The translations under genes were made by a program, and so were the position numbers. The notes beneath the pieces were generated by a model. The model was not told the DNA's origin, searched no databases, and saw only the letters and a program-made list of their open reading frames with translations. A stretch of 52,108 nucleotides of DNA from a virus. The stretch is from the IMG/VR virus record IMGVR_UViG_3300034069_000182, positions 1 to 52,108 of that record; one strand, 5' to 3'. Position 1 is the stretch's first letter, and each line of letters opens with the position of its first letter. Below are positions 5,350 through 12,241 of the stretch, piece by piece.

Positions 5350-5642
5350 GCTGGGAGTCATCTGACCGTCGTGAGCGGCTGCCGTCCGACTGGCCTCGCA
5401 TCCGCCGCGAGGTTCTGCGGGCGGCTGGTCACCGCTGCCAGATCCGCTACGCGGACATCTGCACGGGGATGGCTACCGAGGTCGACCACGTCCGCTACCG
5501 CGACGAGGAGTCACCTACCCAGGCGTCGTGCAAACCGTGTCATGCGCGGAAGTCCGCGATGGAAGGTGTCGCTCAGCGTGCGAAGCTGCGCGCGATGAAG
5601 AAGCGGCCACCGCCCCGCCACCCGGGGCGTAGAAGCAACTAG
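5346..5642 (+). CDS. HNH endonuclease
   Basis: ORF track. Contains HRCQIRY..C..EVDHV..C..CH, i.e. Cys/His HNH-type motifs. Confidence 0.75.
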   Translation: MSWESSDRRERLPSDWPRIRREVLRAAGHRCQIRYADICTGMATEVDHVRYRDEESPTQASCKPCHARKSAMEGVAQRAKLRAMKKRPPPRHPGRRSN

Positions 5643-5677
5643 GAGGGACCAGGCGTCCCCGTAGCCCAGGAGGCGTC

Positions 5678-6118
5678 ATGGGAACCCGAGGACCGATCCC
5701 GAACCGCTCAGACGAGCGGGTTCGCCGTAACAAAGAAGAGTACGGAGAGGTCACTACTCTCCCCGTCTCCGGACCCGTGAAGTCCCCTCCGCTCGGTCTC
5801 ACCGATCCTCACCCGATCGTCCGAGACCTCTACAACTCTCTAGCCGAGTCGGCGCAAGCCGCGCTTTATCAGCCGTCGGACTGGCACTACGCGAAGTTCA
5901 CCCTCCACTTCGCCGACCAGCTCCTGAAATCCTCCAAACCCTCGTCGCAGATGCTAGTAGCCGTCAATCAGATGCTGTCTTCACTTCTGGTCTCAGAGGG
6001 AGACAGGCGACGGGTTCGGATCGAGGTGGAGCGGACGAAGTCAGACGGTCCGGATGCGACGGTGACGACGATGGGCGAGCTGTTCGAGCGCGCTCTCCGT
6101 AAGCCGAAATCGAGCTAG
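5678..6118 (+). CDS. Terminase small subunit (P27-like)
   Basis: ORF track. The N-terminal MGTRGPIPNRSDERVRRN is typical of this family. It lies next to the HNH gene and near cos. Confidence 0.65.
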   Translation: MGTRGPIPNRSDERVRRNKEEYGEVTTLPVSGPVKSPPLGLTDPHPIVRDLYNSLAESAQAALYQPSDWHYAKFTLHFADQLLKSSKPSSQMLVAVNQMLSSLLVSEGDRRRVRIEVERTKSDGPDATVTTMGELFERALRKPKSS

Positions 6119-6240
6119 AGCCGGCGTCCAGATCGTAGATCTGGCGCGCCCCGAGGCCCCGGCTATGCCGGAGCCGACCGCAGTCCCGGCGGGGTTGAGC
6201 GATCCCCTTCCGTCGCTCCCCCGCTGGGGCTGCTTCCAAA

Positions 6241-6253
6241 CTTGACACGTAAC
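6241..6253 (+). promoter_or_regulatory. Stoperator 13-mer (exact, rightward sense)
   Basis: CTTGACACGTAAC upstream of 6298..6489. Confidence 0.85.
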
Positions 6254-6297
6254 CGAGACGGGGGAAAGACATTAGCGACTTCTACGGCGAACTCAAG

Positions 6298-6489
6298 GTG
6301 TTCGTCGCCACCCACGACTACTCCGGTCGCAGACTCCCCAAGTCCAGGCACTACCCGCTGATCAGCGACGGCCGATACGGCGAGCTGTACGAAGGCGACG
6401 CCGACGGTGCACGCGCACTGGCCGCCGATCTCCTCGCGGCAGCCGACGCGTACGACAGGCTGTCGGCCGAACTCCGAGACGCCGAGTAA
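6298..6489 (+). CDS. Hypothetical protein, 63 aa (start uncertain; possibly the ATT at 6271)
   Basis: ORF track with a GTG start and weak SD. An in-frame ATT at 6271 has GGGGGAAAG upstream. Confidence 0.5.
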   Translation: MFVATHDYSGRRLPKSRHYPLISDGRYGELYEGDADGARALAADLLAAADAYDRLSAELRDAE

Positions 6490-6731
6490 CCCAAGACCCG
6501 GGCGCAACGACCCGACTGAGGCGACCTGCCGTGACGACGGCGGTCTTCGTGCTCAGGAACCGTTGCACTAAGTGCTGACCCGGCCCAGCATGGCCGGTGT
6601 AGGCGCTTTCCGCCCGGAGGATCGGACCCCCCGACAGACGTATGAGCTGCCGGTCTCGTATCCGTCCTCCGGGCCTCAACTTGCCAGGCAGGCGAGACCA
6701 GCCAGTAACCAAGAGCGGTCGCCCCTGGTAT

Positions 6732-6825
6732 CTCCCTGTACGCCAAAGGCAGTAGCGGCCCGCACAGCGGGTGGACCTGACTAAAGCAGGTATTGGGCGT
6801 CCGGTTCGACTTCCGGACCAGGGAG
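6732..6825 (+). ncRNA. tRNA-like cloverleaf element (non-canonical; possible decayed tRNA or structured RNA)
   Basis: 7-bp acceptor-like stem CTCCCTG/CAGGGAG. D-like arm CGC-CAAAGGCAGTA-GCG. Hairpin ACCTG-ACTAAAG-CAGGT. T-like arm GTCCGG-TTCGACTT-CCGGAC abutting the 3' acceptor strand. Against a true tRNA: a 16-nt extra hairpin, an 8-nt T loop, C at position 33, and no CCA. Confidence 0.25.
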
Positions 6826-6894
6826 CGAGGCAGGAACGGGCTTCGGTTCCGCTGCCAGAAAGGCGTGCCCGCGGCCATAACGGCGGGCTTCAAA

Positions 6895-6907
6895 CTTGAC
6901 AGATAAC
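6895..6907 (+). promoter_or_regulatory. Degenerate stoperator-like site
   Basis: CTTGACAGATAAC (2 mismatches), followed by the usual GAGAGGCCGGT-ATG leader. Confidence 0.4.
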
Positions 6908-6918
6908 GAGAGGCCGGT

Positions 6919-6957
6919 ATGAGCTCCACCGGTAAACGGGCTCACCTTTACACGTAA
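6919..6957 (+). pseudogene. Vestigial 12-codon ORF between two stoperator-like sites
   Basis: MSSTGKRAHLYT with a canonical leader. Its stop TAA lies inside site 6946..6958. Confidence 0.3.
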
Positions 6958-6958
6958 C
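6946..6958 (+). promoter_or_regulatory. Stoperator 13-mer (1 mismatch)
   Basis: CTTTACACGTAAC, 18 nt upstream of the ATG at 6977. Confidence 0.55.
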
Positions 6959-6976
6959 CGTCGGAAGGACAGATAC

Positions 6977-7213
6977 ATGACCCGCGAGAGAGAGCAGGCA
7001 GACTTTGCGGGCCTGGTGCTCATGTCGGTAGTCGCCGCCCTGGACGGTAGCCCGTGGGTTACGAAAGGTCATTTACGGGAGCTGTCAAGCGATGTAGCCG
7101 CCGTGGCGGTGGAAAGGATGTCCGAGACAGACTCCTTTTTCCTACCGGACGGAACTCTCTTTGAGAAGCGCGACAGCGACCTAGACGCACTGGACGAATA
7201 TCGGGCTCAGTAG
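6977..7213 (+). CDS. Hypothetical protein, 78 aa
   Basis: ORF track. SD is GGAAGGA. Confidence 0.65.
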   Translation: MTREREQADFAGLVLMSVVAALDGSPWVTKGHLRELSSDVAAVAVERMSETDSFFLPDGTLFEKRDSDLDALDEYRAQ

Positions 7214-7215
7214 AG

Positions 7216-7228
7216 CTTGACATGTAAC
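7216..7228 (+). promoter_or_regulatory. Stoperator 13-mer (variant)
   Basis: CTTGACATGTAAC, 17 nt upstream of the ATG at 7246. Confidence 0.7.
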
Positions 7229-7245
7229 TACTACGAGAGGCCGGT

Positions 7246-8316
7246 ATGACCGTCACGATCACCGCCGACGTCCGCGACGTCACCGGTCAGCCTGACAACC
7301 AGCAGTGGGTGTTCTCGACCGTGCTCCGACAGCAGGACGGCTCGATCCTCACCCAGAAGCAGGTCCGGGTAAACCCGGTGGACGGCGCACTGAGCGTAGA
7401 GCTGGAACCCGGCTTCGCGATCGTCGTCTACGGCGAGTACCGCTGGTTCATCGAGGTCCCCGAGACCGACGCCGGTCTGTGGGGCCTGATCGCCACCTCG
7501 GTCGCGGTCCCTCCGGACACCTCCGCTGAACTGCTCGCTGACGCTGTCAACGGCTACCTCGACGCGAACCCGCCGTCAGCGGACTGGGACGCGTTGTCGA
7601 ACGTTCCGGTGGAGTTCCCGCCGTCTGCGCACGACCACGTCGCCGCGGATGTCACCGACCTCGACTCGGCTATCGCCGCGTACCTGGCCTCGAACCCGCC
7701 CGAGGCAGGCGCGGTGTCCTGGGACGACGTCACCGACAAGCCGTCGACGTTCACCCCGAGCTCGCACACCCACTCGATCGCTAACGTCACCGGGCTACAG
7801 ACCGCTCTCGACGAGAAGCTTGACGAGGACGCGGTGGACGCGCGGGTGGCTGTCGGTACCGCCGCGCTGGTCGACTCGGCACCGGAAACGCTGAACACGC
7901 TCAACGAGCTGGCCGCAGCGCTGGGCGATGACCCGAACTTCGCTACCACGGTCGCCTCGCAGATCGGTGCGAAAGCCGACAAGGCCCGCACGATCACCGC
8001 GGGCACCGGCCTCACCGGCGGCGGCGATCTGACCGCCGACCGGACGCTGTCCGTCTCGTTCGGCACGTCGTCGACGACCGCGTGCGTCGGTAACGACTCC
8101 CGGCTGTCGAACACCCGCACCCCGACTGACGGTTCGGTGACCAACGCCAAGGTCGCATCCGGCGCGGCGATCGCGCTGTCGAAGCTGGCCACCGGCTACG
8201 TCGCCGGCTCGGACAACTCCGGTGCCCGGACGCTGACGATCTGGGTCGGGACCGAGGCGCAGTACACCGCAATCGGCACCAAGGACTCGAACACTATCTA
8301 TCTCAGGACTGCATAG
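7246..8316 (+). CDS. Minor tail / tail fibre-like protein
   Basis: ORF track, 356 aa. Repeated PP..A..W...P..F.P..H.H motifs and coiled segments. Occupies the L5 gp6-like position, from memory. Confidence 0.65.
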   Translation: MTVTITADVRDVTGQPDNQQWVFSTVLRQQDGSILTQKQVRVNPVDGALSVELEPGFAIVVYGEYRWFIEVPETDAGLWGLIATSVAVPPDTSAELLADAVNGYLDANPPSADWDALSNVPVEFPPSAHDHVAADVTDLDSAIAAYLASNPPEAGAVSWDDVTDKPSTFTPSSHTHSIANVTGLQTALDEKLDEDAVDARVAVGTAALVDSAPETLNTLNELAAALGDDPNFATTVASQIGAKADKARTITAGTGLTGGGDLTADRTLSVSFGTSSTTACVGNDSRLSNTRTPTDGSVTNAKVASGAAIALSKLATGYVAGSDNSGARTLTIWVGTEAQYTAIGTKDSNTIYLRTA

Positions 8317-8325
8317 GAGGTCGCC

Positions 8326-9027
8326 GTGGCAGGCATGTCACTTGCCACGACGGCTTTCGCGAAAGCCGCGATCGGCTCCACCGAGATTCAGAAGATCAGC
8401 ATCGGGACCACCGAGATCTGGTCCGCGGCTCCTCCGCCGACCGTCGACTTCGACGCGGTGTCGTCGATGCAAGGCGGGCTGGGCGATCTGTCGTACTCGT
8501 TCTCCGCTGCAGCAGGCTCCCGAGTCTTCGTGGTTACCCATCTGCTCGGCAACGAGACTGTGGCAGGCGTCACCTACGGCGGCAACGCTATGAGCCTGGT
8601 CCAAGGCATCGCGTTCAACAACACGTCCTCCAGCGGCTGGCTCAGGGTCTACACCCTCGCGAGCGCCCCGGGCGGGTCGCAGACCGTGGTCATGGACAAA
8701 AACGGCGGCAACTGGTGCATGTCCTACACGATCTCGTACGCGAACGTCGCGAGCCTCGGAACCCCGGCTACGGCGACCGGTAGCAGCACCAGCCCGTCAC
8801 ACTCTGTGTCAGCCCCGCCGACCAACGGCCGCACCTTCCAGGTTACCGGCTGGAACAACGGAAACGTGTCGTTCACGCCGTCCGGAGGTACCGGCCGCAT
8901 CAACGGGACGCAGGTCGCGGGCGGCCTGACGGGGCGTGACTCCAACGCCGCGGCTACCCACTCCGGGACGCTCTCGTCGTCCTGCCCTTGGGCGAGCATC
9001 GCGGTTCCGATGAACCCGGTCACCTGA
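8326..9027 (+). CDS. Minor tail protein
   Basis: ORF track, 233 aa. GTG start after AGGAGG. Ser/Gly/Thr-rich beta-type composition. Confidence 0.55.
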   Translation: MAGMSLATTAFAKAAIGSTEIQKISIGTTEIWSAAPPPTVDFDAVSSMQGGLGDLSYSFSAAAGSRVFVVTHLLGNETVAGVTYGGNAMSLVQGIAFNNTSSSGWLRVYTLASAPGGSQTVVMDKNGGNWCMSYTISYANVASLGTPATATGSSTSPSHSVSAPPTNGRTFQVTGWNNGNVSFTPSGGTGRINGTQVAGGLTGRDSNAAATHSGTLSSSCPWASIAVPMNPVT

Positions 9028-9040
9028 CGAAAGGGCCGGT

Positions 9041-9301
9041 ATGACGACTGTTACCGCTACCGTGCGCGACATCTCCGGACGCCCCGACGATTCGCACTGG
9101 ACTTTCTCCAGCGACCTGCGCGAGCAGGACGGCGTGATCATCACGCCACGCGTCGTGCGCGTGAAGCCGTTCAACGGAGAGCTCGCGCTGACCTTACCGC
9201 CCGGACCTGTCCGGGTGACACACCACCAGGACCGCTGGTTGATCGACGTCCCAGAAGAGGACTCCGACCTGTGGGACCTGATCGAAGCCGCTACCGACTA
9301 A
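9041..9301 (+). CDS. Hypothetical protein, 86 aa; paralogue of the N-terminus of 7246..8316
   Basis: MTTVTATVRDISGRPDDSHWTFSS..RWLIDVPEEDSDLWDLI aligns with MTVTITADVRDVTGQPDNQQWVFST..RWFIEVPETDAGLWGLI. Confidence 0.65.
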   Translation: MTTVTATVRDISGRPDDSHWTFSSDLREQDGVIITPRVVRVKPFNGELALTLPPGPVRVTHHQDRWLIDVPEEDSDLWDLIEAATD

Positions 9302-9308
9302 GGACTTC

Positions 9309-9566
9309 ATGAACCGCCTTATCACCATGTTCGCCGCTGCTCTTGTGAAGGCGGTCTTCGACTACCTGAGGGCTCACCCCGAGTTCTTGAACCAGGTGAT
9401 CGACCGGGCTACCGCGAAGATGCCCGACCTCGCTGACCTCGACGACAAGATCCTGGCGAAGATCCCGGATCTGTCCCGGCTGGACGACAAGATCATCGGG
9501 CTGTTCCCCGACTTGTCTCGGCTCCCCGAGCAGCTGATCAACGCCATCAACCCGTTCAAGCGCTGA
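9309..9566 (+). CDS. Hypothetical protein, 85 aa, with three tandem 14-aa repeats; lies immediately upstream of lysin A
   Basis: ORF track. Hydrophobic N-terminus, then KMPDLADLDDKILA / KIPDLSRLDDKIIG / LFPDLSRLPEQLIN. Confidence 0.6.
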   Translation: MNRLITMFAAALVKAVFDYLRAHPEFLNQVIDRATAKMPDLADLDDKILAKIPDLSRLDDKIIGLFPDLSRLPEQLINAINPFKR

Positions 9567-10978
9567 TGCCGAGGGTCGTCTACGGCCTGAGCCACTCCGA
9601 GAACGGGTGGCCGATGGTCAACGCAGATGAGTGCGAGTGGACGAAGATCCCCGGCACGAGCGTCACGCTGCAGATCGCCAAGGGACAGCCCCTAGCGATC
9701 CTGCGCGCGTTCGCCGCTGACTTCCACGCGTACGTCGAGCCGCTGCGCGACGCGGACTCCGCGTGCTGGACGCCGACCAACTCGGTCCCGTCGTCGAACC
9801 ACCTGAGCGGCACCGCGATGGATCTGAACTGGAACTCGCACCCGTTCAAGGTCAGCTACGCGGGCTTCGACGAAACCAAGATTGCCACGATGCGAGAGCT
9901 CCTCGCGTTCTACGAGGGCACCGTGTTCTGGGGTCAAGACTGGAACAGTCCAAAAGACCCAATGCACGCGCAATGTGGCTACAACACCTACGGCAACCCG
10001 AAGACAGCCGACTTCATCGCGCGCAAGATCCGCGCTGACGGCTACTCGACTTTCCGGAGGGGTAGCGCCCCGGCGTCCGCAGCCCCCATCCTGGCGGCGG
10101 CCACCGGCCTGAGCGAAGCTCGTGCGGCGGAGATCCTGCCCGCGGTCCGCTCGGGCCTCCGGGAATCCGAGTGCACGAACGTCAACCGCATCGCGATGTG
10201 GCTGGCGCAGATCGGGCACGAGTCCGGTTCGTTCCAGTACACCGAGGAGATCGCCAAAAACGGCCGGTACGCGCCGTACATCGGTCGGACGTGGATTCAG
10301 ATCACCTGGGACTACAACTACCGGTCGTTCTCGCAGTGGGCGTACGCGTTCGGGATGGTTCCGACACCGGACTACTTCGTCGTGAACTACCGCGAGCTCG
10401 CTGACCTGAAGTGGGCGGGCATCGGCCCTGCCTGGTACTGGACGGTCGCCCGTCCGGACATCAACGAGTTGTCCGATCGCCGCGACCTGAACACGGTCAC
10501 CCGCCGGATCAACGGCGGTACCAACGGCCTCGCGGATCGACAAGCCCGCTACAACCGCGCGCTCGCCCAGGGCGATGCGCTGCTTCAACTACTTCACGAA
10601 GAGGACGACTTCTTGTCTGCTCTAACCGACGCTGAACAGCGCGAGTTGCTGGACCTGGCTCGCCAGCAGGCCAAGTACAAGCGCAAGTCCCGCTCGCCGC
10701 TGCACTGGCCCCACGAGGGCGAGGTCGACACGATCGCCGGCCTGTCCTGGTCGACGGACGCCAACGTCCATATCCAGCTGGTCGAGAAGCTTGCTGTGAT
10801 CTACGGCGACCCGGTCTCGATCGCGCTGCTGTACGCGGTGTCGAACTCCGACGATCCGACGAACAACCCCGAGCTGGCGAAGCGCATCTTGAAGCGCGTC
10901 AAGCCCGAGGACATCACCGCTGCTCAGGTCCAGATACAGAAGTGGCTGGCGGCCGAGCAGAAGTTCCATGCCGCTTAA
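9566..10978 (+). CDS. lysA: Lysin A (endolysin: peptidase plus GH19-like glycosidase domains)
   Basis: ORF track, 470 aa. SNHLSGTAMDLNW is a VanY/M15-like motif. IAMWLAQIGHESGSFQYTEE is a GH19-like motif. Confidence 0.85.
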   Translation: MPRVVYGLSHSENGWPMVNADECEWTKIPGTSVTLQIAKGQPLAILRAFAADFHAYVEPLRDADSACWTPTNSVPSSNHLSGTAMDLNWNSHPFKVSYAGFDETKIATMRELLAFYEGTVFWGQDWNSPKDPMHAQCGYNTYGNPKTADFIARKIRADGYSTFRRGSAPASAAPILAAATGLSEARAAEILPAVRSGLRESECTNVNRIAMWLAQIGHESGSFQYTEEIAKNGRYAPYIGRTWIQITWDYNYRSFSQWAYAFGMVPTPDYFVVNYRELADLKWAGIGPAWYWTVARPDINELSDRRDLNTVTRRINGGTNGLADRQARYNRALAQGDALLQLLHEEDDFLSALTDAEQRELLDLARQQAKYKRKSRSPLHWPHEGEVDTIAGLSWSTDANVHIQLVEKLAVIYGDPVSIALLYAVSNSDDPTNNPELAKRILKRVKPEDITAAQVQIQKWLAAEQKFHAA

Positions 10979-11936
10979 GCTCGGCGACCGGAACCCCACG
11001 GTACGCCGTTGGCGTGAGGTGATGGCAGCTCGGTTCGCCGGGTACGCCCGCATCCACGGCCCGCTGCCCACGGACACCGACGAGTTCGGCCCGCGGGCTG
11101 AGGCGTGGCAGACCGAGTACGAGTCCCGGACGTTCCAGCCGCTCGACGGGATCGTCTCCGACGACGACCTGCGCGCGCTGGGGATTACGGCTCCCGAGGA
11201 CACCCGTCCGGTACTACTCACCGTCTCCGGGACGGGAGTCCCCTGGTGGGTAGGTCCGGACGCTGACGTCGCGAGACGTCTCGGGGATGTGTACCTGTGG
11301 CGTCCGGTAGGCCCTCCGTACACCGCGCAGGCGTTCCCGATGGGGCCGTCTGTCGCCAACGGCATCACCGAGGCAACCCGCATCCTCGAAGAGGAACGGC
11401 CTCGTATCGAGCGGTTCGGTCTGTCGATGATCGGCTACTCGCAAGGCGCGATCGTCACCTCCGAGCTGTGGGAGTACCACATCAAGCCGGTGACCGGCCG
11501 ACTGCACTGGGTCAAAGACCACGTGCGCGGGGCCGCGACGTTCGGCAACCCGATGCGCGAGACCGGCAAGGTGTGGCCTGACCCGGGTGGACAGATGCCG
11601 TCGGCGAAGTCGCACGGTATCGCTGACCAGCTGATGGTCGACACCCCGGACTGGTGGAGGAACTACGCCCACAAAGGCGACCTGTATACCGACTGCGAGG
11701 GCGACTCGGGCGAGATGAAGACCGCGATCTACAAGGTCGTGATGATGTCCCGGGTGTTCTCTGGTCCGGATTCGATCCTGCGTCAGCTCCTGGAGATCGG
11801 GGTTAACCCGACGTTCGAGCTGATCGCGCTGATCCGCGCGGTGCTGGACGCTGGTCTGTTCTTCATCCGCGGCACGACTCCGCACACGAACTACAACATC
11901 GACCCTGCGACGGACTTTCTGCGCTCTGTGACTTGA
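10968..11936 (+). CDS. lysB: Lysin B (mycolylarabinogalactan esterase)
   Basis: ORF track, 322 aa. GYSQGA serine-esterase motif. Follows lysA. Its stop TGA lies inside stoperator 11932..11944. Confidence 0.85.
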   Translation: MPLKLGDRNPTVRRWREVMAARFAGYARIHGPLPTDTDEFGPRAEAWQTEYESRTFQPLDGIVSDDDLRALGITAPEDTRPVLLTVSGTGVPWWVGPDADVARRLGDVYLWRPVGPPYTAQAFPMGPSVANGITEATRILEEERPRIERFGLSMIGYSQGAIVTSELWEYHIKPVTGRLHWVKDHVRGAATFGNPMRETGKVWPDPGGQMPSAKSHGIADQLMVDTPDWWRNYAHKGDLYTDCEGDSGEMKTAIYKVVMMSRVFSGPDSILRQLLEIGVNPTFELIALIRAVLDAGLFFIRGTTPHTNYNIDPATDFLRSVT

Positions 11937-11944
11937 TACGTAAC
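11932..11944 (+). promoter_or_regulatory. Stoperator 13-mer (variant)
   Basis: CTTGATACGTAAC, followed by GAGAGGCCTGCC-ATG. Confidence 0.75.
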
Positions 11945-11956
11945 GAGAGGCCTGCC

Positions 11957-12220
11957 ATGACTGTATCGAAATTAGCACCCGCCATCGTCGCGGAAACTCG
12001 GGAACGGGCTCGGTACATAGCTGACGTTCTCGGCTTCGGGGAGGACGCCTGGCTGTTCGACACCAAGAATCCCGATCATTTCGAAGGCGTACGCACTGAC
12101 CGGGTTCTTATCGACGATGACACCGAGGTCCCCCGGGACTTCATGGAGAACATCTACGGGACCGCCACGAAGTTGTACGGCGGCCAGGTGTGCCGCGTAT
12201 CCGTCGACCGTATCGCTTGA
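11957..12220 (+). CDS. Hypothetical protein, 87 aa
   Basis: ORF 11933..12220 trimmed to the ATG at 11957. The TTG at 11933 lies inside the stoperator. Confidence 0.6.
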   Translation: MTVSKLAPAIVAETRERARYIADVLGFGEDAWLFDTKNPDHFEGVRTDRVLIDDDTEVPRDFMENIYGTATKLYGGQVCRVSVDRIA

Positions 12221-12228
12221 CATATAAC
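12216..12228 (+). promoter_or_regulatory. Stoperator 13-mer (2 mismatches)
   Basis: CTTGACATATAAC. It supplies the TGA stop of 11957..12220 and lies upstream of the terminase gene. Confidence 0.55.
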
Positions 12229-12241
12229 CAGGAGGTGAGGA

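Noticed and set aside
6732-6825. Calling this element a functional tRNA, for example tRNA-Leu(UAA) or a suppressor
   Set aside because: It has an extra 16-nt hairpin, C33, an 8-nt T loop and no CCA end. It is kept only as a low-confidence tRNA-like element.
6351-6929. 192-aa and 116-aa minus-strand ORFs and the 70-aa + strand ORF across 6350-6930
   Set aside because: Pro/Arg/Ser-rich translations without an SD. The region is better explained as structured non-coding DNA.
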